Positions 50,267 through 61,668 of a stretch of DNA of 64,000 nt are shown here, piece by piece. The notes below the pieces were generated by a model. The model searched no databases. It was given only the letters and a program-made list of their open reading frames with translations, and was not told the DNA's origin. The DNA is from Octopus sinensis (lineage: Eukaryota). A program made the position numbers and the translations under genes. The stretch spans positions 32,240,001 to 32,304,000 of the forward strand of contig NC_043000.1 in the NCBI RefSeq assembly GCF_006345805.1. The letters are read 5' to 3'. Within the stretch, counting starts at the first letter, position 1; each line of letters starts with the position of its first letter.

Positions 50267-50688
50267 AACATAGCTATTGTTGTTGTATTTAGGAATGGTC
50301 ATTTTGCCAGTTTAGCCAATAAAAACACACACACTATATATTTGGTGTTAATTTGCTTCAGCGTTATATATTTTTTACATTAATCTTAATCTTATTTCGG
50401 CCAGAGTTCTTCCATCACACTTCTGCTTTCTTCTTTCTTATTTGTGTGTCTCTCCTTACTGATGAGGTCACAGAAGTGTGATGAAAGAACTCTGGCCGAA
50501 ATAAGATTAAGATTAAAAAATAAATAAAGCTGAAGCAAATTAACACCAAATATATAGTGCGTGTGTTTTTATTTGCTAAACTGTCAAAATGACCATTCCT
50601 AAATACAAAAACATCTGTTTCAACACATGATTTCACATCAAGAATCTTGCAAAACAAATATATAAACGTAACATAGCTATTGTTACAA
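50267..50688. mobile_element. Foldback element (about 145-bp arms) carrying an intact hammerhead core
   Basis: Arms 50280-50425 / 50471-50617; AACATAGCTATTGTT repeated at both ends (about 50268 and 50672). Confidence 0.75.
50455..50512 (+). ncRNA. Hammerhead ribozyme-like motif with canonical core
   Basis: CTGATGA(50459-65)-GGTC...GGCC(50494-97)-GAAA(50498-501), then T-AAG-A-T-T (possible 2-bp stem III and AUU triplet). Stem I has a mismatch at the first pair. Confidence 0.55.
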
Positions 50689-50740
50689 TTCATTTCTGTG
50701 AAACAGGAATAACTGAAATGTATCAGATGCTGAAACTTAC

Positions 50741-50807
50741 TTCATCACTTTGGTGGAATAAAGGCAGGAATGTACTCTCCAAGAGATTGTAAGCATGTTC
50801 ATAAGCT
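50741..50807 (-). CDS. SNX14: SNX14 exon E (RGS end): AYEHAYNLLESTFLPLFHQSDE
   Basis: 67 nt, TTTGTAG|A...GAA|GTAAGT, phase 2->0. Matches SNX14 AYEH...LLE..F.P.F..SDE. Confidence 0.92.
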
Positions 50808-52128
50808 CTACAAATATAAAACAATTGTTAAAGAACATGATTACATGAGAGGAAACTTCAATAAAATTAATTAACTCTATTATTAGAATAGAGTAAATTA
50901 TTCTAGAGTAATTTACTCTAATAATGACAAACACATCTTACTAAATTCTTCGTTATCTTCAAAAATAATTGAAAGGTAATGTTTCAAGAGAAATATAGCA
51001 AGGGATAAAATCTTTGACTTGTAAATTATTTCTTTAATTGAAGATTTTTATTGTTTAGCTTCTGGTAATTGAATAGAACTATGATCAAAAGGCATTCCAA
51101 CGGTGACCATCTCATGGAGTCTTTTTGGGAGTTTGAAGAACACAATGTCTTATGTATCCTTTCTTCATTTAAAATGGTGTGATTTGAGGGAAATTTTCTT
51201 GTTGCCTCTTTCATTGCCTCCCTTAATGGTTTTCAAATAATGTGACCTGTTTCATAAAATAACATGGGCCCTTAAACGAAGATTTTGAAATAGTGTGGGG
51301 CTGACATTCAGTATTTTCCCCAAGACCATAACTTCATGTTTGAAATAAACTGATGGAATGTTAAGTAGGCTCCTACATAGGATTGAACCCATGAGTTGAT
51401 AGTTGTTAGCAGCACCAGTAACAGTAATGAAATAAATAGTGAGGCAATGAGGGAGCCTCTAAATGGTTACCCAATCTGTGAGAAATAGCAGCAAAATTTT
51501 CCTCAAATTATACCCAATCAGAATGGAACTGGAAGCAAGACAAGATTGTCATGGCTGGAATGGCTTTGGTCAGACGCTAAACAACAGCTAAGTGCATTGC
51601 TATTTGAATTATAAACTGCAGAACTTTTCGATTTAAATGTTTCATGATTGATAAATAAAAGACAAGAATTCAAAATATTCTAAGGAGTTTATTTTTGATG
51701 AAATTTCAGGAGCTTTCCATTGCTTCAAATTTGACAATGTCAAGAGAACTAAACCTCACCAGACACGACCATCACCACCCCACAAATATCCAAATCACAT
51801 GAAAACATTTTTATATTTCATCATCAACATCATTTAACATCCATTTTCCATGCTGGAATGGATTGGATGGTTTCACTGGAGTGGGAAAGCTGGACCTAGT
51901 TCCAATCGGCTTTGGCTTGCTTTCTACAGCTGGATGCTCTTCCTAACACCCAACCACCTTACAGAATGTGTTGGGTGCCTTTTAAGGACCCAGAATGGAT
52001 GGGTTTTTTTTTACATGGCACTGGCATGGGTGCTTTTTGCAACCAGGTCAGTAACTACCAGTTGAATACTGGTCTCAGTCAGTTCAATGACAACATCCTG
52101 CCAAAAACACCAAGTATTATTATTATTA

Positions 52129-52159
<31 letters not shown>

Positions 52160-52901
52160 CATCATTATTATTTTTATTATTATTATTATTATATTATTAT
52201 TATTAAAGTAGCAAACTGGCCAAATCCTAAGCATGTGAAACAAAACTCTTGGCAGCATTTCATCCATCTTTACGTTCTGAGTCCAAGTTCCACAGAAGTC
52301 AACTTTGCCTTTTATCCTTTCAGAGTCGATGAAATAAGTACCAGTCATGTACTGGGGTCAATGTAATCAACTTCCCCCCACCCTCATAATTAGCTAGTCT
52401 TCTACCAAAATCTGAAGCCATTATTACGAAAGGCCAAATCATCAGCATGCAGGACGAAGTGCTTAGCAACCAAGCTTGGTTCTGCTTTTCGCTGTTTTGG
52501 GGGTCAATCAAAGGAGTATTGTTTAAGTACCAGACTCAATGTAAATCAACTCAACCTTCCCCCACATTTCAGGCCTTGTGCCGGTAACAGAAAGAGTTAT
52601 TATTATTCAATAATTAATTAATTAATTAAGATAGTGGATTAGGGAAAAAACAGAATACTGGTCAAAATACTTTGCAGTATTTGTTCCAGCTGTTCATGTT
52701 CTTAGTTCAAACTCTGCTACATTCCAGTTTGTCTTTCATCCCTCCAAGGTTGACAAAAGAAAATACAAGAACTGGGTCAACTTTATTGAGTAAGCCCCTC
52801 CCCTTGAATTTCTGGCCTGGTCTCTAATTTAAAAGCAATTATCACGATTAAATATTAAAACATTAAAAAATAAACAAAAAGAGAAATGATAAAAATCTTA
52901 C

Positions 52902-52959
52902 TTGAAAAGTGGAGGAGATGTTCTCAATTTAATCACATTTTGGTAAGGACCATCAACAA
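52902..52959 (-). CDS. SNX14: SNX14 exon D: (I)VDGPYQNVIKLRTSPPLF(K)
   Basis: 58 nt, CATTCTAG|TT...AA|GTAAGA, phase 1->2. Matches SNX14 I.EGPY..V.KL.T...LF. Confidence 0.9.
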
Positions 52960-53589
52960 CTAGAATGGAATAGAAAAAAGAAAACATATACACACACACA
53001 CACACATATATATAGTAAATCAAAAAAAAAAAGAGAACAAACATCATCATCATTTAACCTCCATTTTCCATGCTGGCATGGGTGGACAGTTTGACTGAGG
53101 TTTGGAGAGCCAGTGGCTGCACCAGGCTCCAATCTAATCTGGCAATGTTTCTACAACTGGATGCCCTTGCTAATGCCAACCACTACGCGAGTGTAGTGGA
53201 TGCTTTTTATGTGTCACCAGCACAGAAGCCAATCAAGGTAGGCCTGGCATCGATCACGTTCAGATCATGCTTTTTATATACTACCGGCACAGAGGCCAGT
53301 CAGGGGATGCTGGCATCGGCCACATCCAGATGGTGCTTTTTACATGCCATTGACACGGTAGCCAGTCAGGGGGTACTGGCATCGGCCATGTTTGGATGGT
53401 GCTTTTTACATGCCACCAGCATGGGAGCCAGTCAAGAGGTAGTGGCATCAGCCATGTTCGGATGGTGCTTTTTACATGCTACAAGCACAGGAGCCAGTCA
53501 TGGGGTACTGGCCACAGCTATGACATTGGTTTAACTTAACTCAACAGGTCTTCTCAAGCATATCATATCACCCAATGCATCAGAGGTAC

Positions 53590-53768
53590 TCTTAACTGGA
53601 CTGGACAAGAAAAGAAAACAACATGAGGACGTGGTACATGCAAAGTATTAGCAGATGTTCAGGGAAGGAGAGAAAGGTGGTTTCACATTTCGAGCAAAGC
53701 TCTTCAGAAACAGGAGACAGAGGAATGACCAAGAGAAAAGGAAGACAGAGGGGAAAAAACCGCCAACG

Positions 53769-53809
<41 letters not shown>

Positions 53810-53960
53810 AGGAGAATTCACAAAAAAAACAAAAGATGAAGACAGGTGGTGTAGACAACAAACAGCTGTATTAGTTTAACGCTCAGGAAGTGAAAAAGTC
53901 TTTAACATTTCAAGCCTACGCTCTTCCACAGAAAAGAACACAGAAAGAAACAAGGAGAGA
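53590..53960 (-). mobile_element. Two adjacent Penelope-like terminal fragments, each with a degenerate hammerhead motif
   Basis: Motifs at 53679-53712 (CUGAA-GAGC/GCUC-GAAA) and 53898-53936 (CUGUGGA-A-GAGC/GCUU-GAAA), separated by (CA)n(TA)n. The second matches the family seen at 8810-8960(+). Confidence 0.55.
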
Positions 53961-55267
53961 AAATAAAGAATATATATACAACGGATTTTCAGTTTCCATC
54001 TACCAAATCCACTCACAAGGCTTTGGTCAGCCCAAGGCTATAGCAGAAGACATTTGCCCAAGGTGCCATGCAGTGGGAGTGAACCCCGAACATGAGGTTA
54101 GAAAGCAAGCTTCTTACCACACAGCTACTCCTGCACCTATATATACACAGACAGACAGATACACATACACATATCATCATTGTTTTAACATCCACGTTTC
54201 CATCCAAAAGCCAAGCAGACTATGTTGAGGCAGATTTTATATAGCTAGAGATACCTTTCCAGTCACAAACACTCAACAATTTCCCAGTGAAGTGATATTT
54301 CCTCAAGGCTGACACGTTTTCACATAACAAATGACATGGCTTGTATAACAGTGACACTCAGTTATAACTATTTTATGATGTCAAGACAAAGAGACACACA
54401 TATACACAAGGATTCTTTCAGTTTCCATCTACCAAATCCAATCAAGGTTTTGATTAGCTCAGAGCTATTGTAGAAGACACTTGCTCAAGATGCCAGGCAG
54501 TGGGATTGAACCCAAAACCATGTGGTTGGGAAGCAACCTTCTTAACCATGTAGCCACACTTGCACTACTGTATTATCATCATCATTTAACACCCACTGTC
54601 CATGCTGGTATGGATGGGATAGTTTCACTGGGCTGGCATGCTGGAAGACTGCACCAGACTCCGGTTTGATTTGGCATGGTTTTCTATGGCTGGATGCCCT
54701 TCCTAACGCCAACCACTCTGGAAGTGTAATAGGTGCACTACATGCCACCAGCACAGGTGCCATTTGCATGACACCAGGGTGCATTTACATGTCACTGGCA
54801 CAGGTGCCAATCTGCATGACACCAGTATCTGCCAGGACTGCGATTTTGCTCAGCTTGATGGGTCTTCTTCTCCAGCAAGACATAATGCCAAAGGTCTTGC
54901 TTAACGCCTCCGTGAGGCCCAACACTCAAAAGGAACTCAGCCATTTTGCCTCCATGTGGCCCAACATTCAAAAGATGTTCTTTATGTTCCACTAGCACGG
55001 GTACACTTGGCTTGACGGGTCCTCTCAAGCACAGTACATTGCCAAAGGTCTCAGTCACCAGACACAAAAGTTTGATAGGATATTAAAGAGATAGGTAACC
55101 AGATTTAAGAAGACCAAAAGGGAAAAACTTAAATTTAAGCAGGTAAGAATGGGTCTTGGAACCAACCATTCCTAGTTTCTTCCTCTGACTGGGAGAGTTT
55201 CTGTTGAAACATCTTCAATATATAGACAGTTTGAATAAGAAATCTCTTACTTGAAAGTTATACTTAC

Positions 55268-55423
55268 TGCTCTTTAGTTCTGTTACAACATCGTCAGCAA
55301 ATAGGATTTTGTCCACTGCATAAGGGGCACAGTAACTTTGGTAAAGATCTTTGGCAGTGTTGTGCAGCTCCTTCAATTCTTCGTCCGTGAGATCTGGATT
55401 CAGAATATGACCACTGAAATCAG
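55268..55423 (-). CDS. SNX14: SNX14 exon C (RGS): (A)DFSGHILNPDLTDEELKELHNTAKDLYQSYCAPYAVDKILFADDVVTELKS
   Basis: 156 nt, ATTTCAG|CT...A|GTAAGT, phase 1->1. Aligns with SNX14 F..RIL.P.L..DE...LH......Y..YC....DKI.F....V.E. Confidence 0.92.
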
Positions 55424-56630
55424 CTGAAATCAATACAAAAGCATAAAGTTAGTCAATCAACAACATCAACAACTTCATCCTCATCATCCACTTTTCCCTG
55501 CAGGCATGTGTTGGACAGGTCACCACAGCCCAACACAGTTGTTATTCAGAGCCACTGCCCTTCTAAACATGTCAGAGCTCATGTCTTACTCATATATTTC
55601 TAGTTCCAGCATGGTTTCTATAGATGGAAGCCTTTTATAGAGTCTACTGAATGATTTTGGCATAGCACCAGCACTAGAGGGGTTGTTTTGTCTCTCAACA
55701 ATCCTAACCAACTTATATTATACCCATTCAATCAAAGTAACATAATCAAGAAAGGGTGTATAGAAGAAAGAGAACCAAGTTGAGAAAAGGATGAAAGATG
55801 GGTGGGGAGTGGGGAGGAGAAGAGGGTGGTAAGGTAGAGGGTAATGGAAGAAGGACAATGATATGATGAGGAGTAATAAAAGTGAGAGAAACAGGTTGAG
55901 AGAAGCAGATTGATAGGATGCAGAGTAATGGAAGAGAGGCAGCAATGGAATAGGAGAGAATGGAAGCGGCAGAGATGGGAAGGATAGGGTGTAATAGAAG
56001 AGGTTGCCATAGTCTTGTGAGTCACATGGCAACCAGTGGCATGAAAAACAGGACCCAGTACATGAATGTTAAGGTGATTGATGTTAGGAAGGACATCCAG
56101 CTGTAGAAATTATGCCTAACCGAAATACAATTCAGTTCTTGAACCAATCTGAGCCTGTCCAACCCTTCGACCCATGTCAGCATGGAACATGGATATTAAA
56201 TGAGGATAGATATTATCATCATCATTATTTACTGTCCATTTTCCATGGAGGCTCCAACTGTCTGTTTTGGCACAACTCTATGTGGAATATCCTTCCTAAT
56301 GCCTACCATTTTACATAATAAATATATATATATCATCATCATCATCATTGTTTAACATCCGTTTTCCATGCTAGCATGGGTTGGATGGTTCGACTGGAAT
56401 CTGGAAAGCTGGGAGGCTGCACCAGGCTCCAGTCTGATCTGGCAGTGTTTCTACAGCTGGATGCCTTTCCTAATGCCAACCACTCCATGAGTGTAGTGGG
56501 TGCTTTTTACATGCCACCGGCACAGGTGCGAGGGGAGGCTGGCAACGACCACGATCAGTTGATGCTGGCATCGACCACGTACGGATGGTGCTTTTTACGT
56601 ACCACCGGCACAGGTGCCAGGGGAGGGATG

Positions 56631-56696
<66 letters not shown>

Positions 56697-56737
56697 CACT
56701 CACTATGCCTCCTTCCTACATTTTCTGTCAACTTAGT

Positions 56738-57072
56738 GGAGGCACATGGCTCAGTGGTTAGAGCATCGAGCTTACGGTCGTGAGGTTGTGAGTTCGATTC
56801 CCAGATTAGGCTGTGTTGTGTTCTTGAGCAAGACACTTTATTTCACGTTGCTCTAGTTCACTCAGCTGTAGGAATGAGTTGCGACATCACTGGTGCCAAG
56901 CTGTATTGGCCCCTTTGCCTTTCCCTTGGATAACATCGGTGGCACGAGGAGGGAAGACTGGTATGCATGGGTGACTGCTGGCCTTCCATAAACAACCTTC
57001 CCCAGACTTGTGCCTGGGAGGGGAACTTTCTAGGTGCAATCCCATGGTCAGTCATGACCGAAGGGGATCTCC
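56738..57072 (+). mobile_element. tRNA-headed SINE, third family
   Basis: Textbook A box TGGCTCAGTGG (56747-57) and B box GTTCGATTCC (56792-801), followed by a CORE/V-like TTCTTGAGCAAGACACTT segment. Confidence 0.8.
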
Positions 57073-57824
57073 TCAATGCACTCACAATCCACATCTAAAA
57101 TAATAATAACAACAACAACAATAACCCTTTCTACTCTAGGCACAAGGCCTGAAATTTAGAGGAGGGGCCAGTTGATGAGATTAACCTCAGTATGCAACTG
57201 GTACTTAATTTGTCAACTCCGAAAGGATGGAAGGCAAAGTCACCCTCAGCAGAATTTGAACTCAGAATGTAGCAGCAAATGAAATACTGTTAAGTATTTC
57301 GTCCAGCATGCTAACGATTCTGCCAGCTCGTTGCTTTAACAATGAAAACAATAATGATTTCAAATTTTGGTACAAGGCTAGTAATTTCAGGGGGTGGGGA
57401 TAAATTGATTACACCAAACCCCAGTACTTAACTGGTACTTATTTTATCAACCCTGAAAGGATGAAAGGCAAAGTCGACCCCAGCAGAATTCGAACTCAGA
57501 ACATAGCGATAGGCAAAATCATCATCATCATTTAACATCTGTTTTCTACGCTAGCATGGGTTGGACGGTTCGATCGGAGTTTGGAAGCCATGGAGGCTGC
57601 ACCAGGCTCCAGTTTGATCTGGCAGTGTTTCTACAGCTGGATGCCCTTCCTAACGCCAACCACTCCAAGAGTGTAGTGGGTGTTTTTTACGTGTCACTGG
57701 CACAGGGGCCAGGGGAGGCTGGCAAACAGCCACGATCGGTTGGTGCTTTTATGTTTCATCCAGCATGCTAATGAGTCTGCCAACTCACTGCCTTAACAAT
57801 AATAAGAGAGAGAGAGATGCTTAC

Positions 57825-57939
57825 CACAAGCCAGGCAGAATTGCAAAACACTAACAGCAGCTTCAGACTTCATAAATTGCATAAAAGTATACAAGAGGTC
57901 AGTTTGAGACATGATGTCTGCGAGTTCAAGATGTAAACA
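57825..57939 (-). CDS. SNX14: SNX14 exon B, copy 2 (identical tandem duplicate)
   Basis: Base-for-base identical to 58345..58459 including both splice sites, offset by 520 bp. Only one copy can be used per in-frame mRNA. Confidence 0.8.
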
Positions 57940-58344
57940 CTGCAAAAGAGGAGAAAGAAATATGTGAAATGTCGTACAGGGTGTCCCAGAAAAATCTACC
58001 AATCAGATTTCTTTGTAATTAATCATTATCATCATCATCATCATCGTCGTTTAACGTCCGTTCTCCATGCTAGCATGGGTTGGACGGTTCGACCGGGGTT
58101 CTGGGAAGCCAGAAGGCTGCACCAGGCTCCAGTCTAATTTGGCAATGTTTCTACAGCTGGATGCCCTTCCTAACGCCAACCACTCCAAGAGTGTAGTGGG
58201 TGTTTTTTACGTGTCACTGGCACAGGGGCCAGGGGAGGCTGGCAAACAGCCACGATCGGTTGGTGCTTTTATGTTTCATCCAGCATGCTAATGAGTCTGC
58301 CAACTCACTGCCTTAACAATAATAAGAGAGAGAGAGATGCTTAC

Positions 58345-58459
58345 CACAAGCCAGGCAGAATTGCAAAACACTAACAGCAGCTTCAGACTTCATAAATTGC
58401 ATAAAAGTATACAAGAGGTCAGTTTGAGACATGATGTCTGCGAGTTCAAGATGTAAACA
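58345..58459 (-). CDS. SNX14: SNX14 exon B, copy 1 (RGS start): CLHLELADIMSQTDLLYTFMQFMKSEAAVSVLQFCLAC
   Basis: 115 nt, acceptor TTTTGCAG|TGT, donor TGTG|GTAAGC, phase 0->1. Matches the SNX14 RGS motif LEL..I..Q.DLL..FM.F.K.E.AV.VLQFCL. Confidence 0.9.
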
Positions 58460-59809
58460 CTGCAAAAGAGGAGAAAGAAATATGTGAAATGTCGTACAGG
58501 GTGTCCCAGAAAAATCTACCAATCAGATTTCTTTGTAATTAATCATTATCATCATCATCATCATCGTCGTTTAACGTCCGTTCTCCATGCTAGCATGGGT
58601 TGGACGGTTCGACCGGGGTTCTGGGAAGCCAGAAGGCTGCACCAGGCTCCAGTCTAATTTGGCAATGTTTCTACAGCTGGATGCCCTTCCTAACGCCAAC
58701 CACTCCGTGAGTGTAGTGGGTGCTTTTTACGTGCCACCTGCACAGGTGCCAGGCGGGGCTGGCAACGGCCACGGTCAGATTGGTGTATTTTATGTGCCAC
58801 CGGCACGGAAGCCAGTCGAGGCGGTGCTGGCATCGGCCACGAGTCGGATAGTGCTTTTTACGTACCACCAGACCAGGGATCCTGGCTGGTTCAATTCGAT
58901 TTCGATTTCGCTTGCCCCAACATGTCTTCACAAGCAAAGGGGGTTGGCAAGGGTGCCTGTCGTACGGTCGCATTGGAGTATTTTACGTGCCACGGCCACG
59001 AGTCGGATAGTGCTTTTTACGTACCACCAGACCAGGGATCCTGGCTGGTTCAATTCGATTTCGAATTATATTATATATATATATATATTTCTTTACTGCC
59101 CACAAGGGGCTAAACATAGAGGGGACAAACAAGGACAGACAAATGGATTAAGTCGATTATATCGACCCCAGTGCGTGACTGGTACTTATTTAATCGACCC
59201 CGAAAGGATGAAAGGTAAAGTCGACTTCGGAGGAATTTGAACTCAGAATGTAACGACAGACGAAATACTGCTAAACATTTCGCCCAGAAAACAATCAAAC
59301 TTCCTAAATTATACAAATTATGTTTTACCTATGTAATACAAGAATCAGATTTCAAAATGACCACCTCTTGCTTTGATCAGGGTCTGCAAACAAGTGGTTG
59401 CTGAACTGCAACAGCGCCACACAAGTAAGAAGAGCTTCTTTCAGATCCACTTGAGTATGAGATAGCTGAGACATCTCTCTTTAAGAGAGTCCAGGCAGAA
59501 AAATCCATTGGCTTGATGTCTGGGTTTGAGGGAAGCCAAAAATCATTGTCCCAAAAACTGCGAAAGTGCTCTCTGCACCATTTTTGTACATTTTACATTT
59601 GTGCAACTCTTACAAAGAATGCTGTGGGCATTGCATTGTACAAGTGCAGTACATTCCCATAAGCTTTTCTTTGCTAGAGAGCAATTGCATTTCTTTTTTT
59701 GCATATTATCCATTAATAGTTAAAACCCTTTTGCATAAATTTATTATCTTTTTGCATCCTTGCTATGCATATGTAAACATTTTCTAAATCTAAATGTTTA
59801 TTTTGCAGA

Positions 59810-60030
59810 ATGGGACAGAATAGTGAACTTTCTTTTGAAGTCTGTGCACAAATCATTGCTCTTCATAATGAAAAGATTATCATGCTGAGCCACAGCCTCT
59901 CAACAAAAATGTCACCATACAACAGCTGTTAGAACGATTAAAAGGCTGAACAAGAAAACTTTGAAAGCAGATCCAGAAGTGGAAGACCAAGGGAAGTCTC
60001 CCTTCGGGAGATTCAAATCTGCTTGATATG
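59810..60030 (+). mobile_element. Tc1-like transposase 5' fragment
   Basis: MGQNSELSFEV..QIIALHNE...NFESRSRSGRPRE resembles the Tc1/Sleeping Beauty-type N-terminus and GRPR linker; contains stops. Confidence 0.6.
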
Positions 60031-60108
60031 GCAGACACCTCACCCTGGTATCACACCTTATCTTACAAAAAAAAAAAAATTTACATTGACTAATGTAGTC
60101 CTTGATAC

Positions 60109-61127
60109 TGTTATGAACCTGCCGTCGCTCAAACTCTTCGGGAAAAACCTGGGACCCTACCAAGTCAAGCAACGACGATTGACCGGCTCAATCGATCGGG
60201 GAAAGTTCGCCACGGAAAGGAGAGAATTCGGTAGGGAAGAATGGCAGCAGCGAAACCAGCGACCGGAGATACCAAACAACAACAACAGTAGTAGGAAGAG
60301 ACACAAAGAGAGACGGCGGAAGGCAATTGGCTACATTTAACAACAGTTTATACAATTATACAGTTCATAGACAAATAAGTTCAGATCGAATCAAAACAAC
60401 GACACATCAGGTATACATTTAAAGAAAACAACAAATCAAAACATTTAAACAGTTCAAATAACGTACACATTAACGATACAGTTCAGAGTTCTTTTAAAGT
60501 CTTTCTCTTCTTTTTTCACTAATCTAAACATAAGTAAACACATCACGTATCAACACAATTCACAATTCACATTGTTCGTTATAATCCCTTTAGCACTGTT
60601 CTTTCTTTTACTTAATTCACAATGTCCTTTATGATCTCTTTTTCCAGCACATCAACTCTTTTACATTTCAACATCAATAAAACCAAAATACATCAATTCA
60701 ACAACACATACCGTTTCAATTCCTACTATAATAGCCGTGCCTTCTATCCACCTTCGCTCTCAGTCCTCTGTGTCTGTCTTTCTCAACGTTGTCACTGTCA
60801 CCCTCTCACCTGTCATCTCTCAGATTGTGTGTCTGTCTTTCTCAACTGACCGCTTCCTTCGTAATCCCATTTGCCTTGTTACCACCTCAATTTCTCCGGC
60901 TGAACTGACTCACAGCTCCTGCTTTTTTATAGGGTAGTTTCCTTGACCCTTCCCTGACCGGGAAAAGGGTAGGGGTCTTTCCAAATGCCATCACTCTTTC
61001 GTGAATCTGACAGAACAAAGGACAATAACTTTAGATTGTAGACTTCCAGACTACACCCTAAGCAAAGTAGGTCAAAACAGTTGTTCACGGATTGACCTAC
61101 TCGTATCAATACGAAAGACGGGGTACA
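60109..61127 (-). mobile_element. Solo-LTR-like element (about 1.02 kb)
   Basis: TG...CA termini (minus strand TGTACCCC...GTTCATAACA), CpG-rich relative to its flanks, internal TATA plus Inr-like motif. No TSD found, which lowers confidence. Confidence 0.45.
60903..60931 (-). promoter_or_regulatory. TATA plus Inr-like core promoter inside the LTR-like element
   Basis: TATAAAAAA at 60931-60923 and TCAGTT with its A at 60906 (25 nt downstream, slightly short of the usual spacing). Confidence 0.3.
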
Positions 61128-61332
61128 ACCAGAACCTTGTTGGTCGTAGGTGTACTTAATCAGAAACTTAATCTAAAGTGAAATGAGGTTTAATGATATT
61201 TTCTTACTTGAGATGAAAAGAAAAGTTCTTTCAGATTTGCTGCCATTCCATAGTCATTGTTGCAGTGAAACTTTGGGGAAAATGGTAGATGCTTAAGTTT
61301 TGAAAAAATATTGAAACCAAAACAATACTTAC

Positions 61333-61413
61333 TGATGTGTTCTTAACTTGAACATCAGCCAAGTCTGTTAAAAATGGGACCTCTTCTGTTGGAGGTTTTG
61401 TAACTATGGGAGG
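61333..61413 (-). CDS. SNX14: SNX14 exon A (linker before RGS): PPIVTKPPTEEVPFLTDLADVQVKNTS
   Basis: 81 nt, acceptor ATTTCAG|CCT, donor TCA|GTAAGT, phase 0->0. Resembles the vertebrate SNX14 segment (PP..T.P...VPFL..A...K.S) just before the RGS domain, as recalled from memory. Joins exon B in frame. Confidence 0.85.
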
Positions 61414-61451
61414 CTGAAATAATAAATCAAAAATATATTTCATTGTTTTAA

Positions 61452-61668
61452 CCCTTTCATTAATAGATTCTGTGGAAATACACTGCCTTTATTCCAAGAG
61501 ATTTTGAAAATAAGGAATTTGGTAAAATACTTATCAGTATTAAGATGGGGTTTGAAACCTAAAGTAACATGAAATGTTGATAGAAGCTTTTAATTTAGAT
61601 AACTTTAAAACAGGAAGCTTGTATCCTCAAAAGTAGGGGTGGTCCTGGGTAGGTTGCTATCAGAAGGG
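61452..61668. mobile_element. piggyBac-like MITE (217 bp)
   Basis: TTAA at 61448-51 and 61669-72; CCCTT/AAGGG termini, left end CCCTTTCATTA as in the 16.7-kb MITE. Ends 38 bp from the exon A acceptor. Confidence 0.65.

Larger units (their letters stand above)
57626..58706. repeat. Perfect 520-bp tandem duplication containing SNX14 exon B
   Basis: 57626-58186 is identical to 58146-58706 (561 bp at period 520). Confidence 0.97.

Noticed and set aside
55413-55423. Second ATTTCAG acceptor 10 nt inside exon C that arithmetically (115-10=105) could rescue double inclusion of exon B
   Set aside because: The shifted frame already hits TGA at the fifth codon of the second exon B copy, so the rescue cannot work.
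56738-56810. Possible tRNA gene (good A and B boxes); likewise at 6711 and 47158
   Set aside because: No convincing acceptor stem or cloverleaf, and each continues into a dispersed SINE body.
58587-59240. 217-aa plus-strand ORF
   Set aside because: Runs through an RTE-tail repeat and an antisense SINE; the same peptides recur at many repeat copies in the window.
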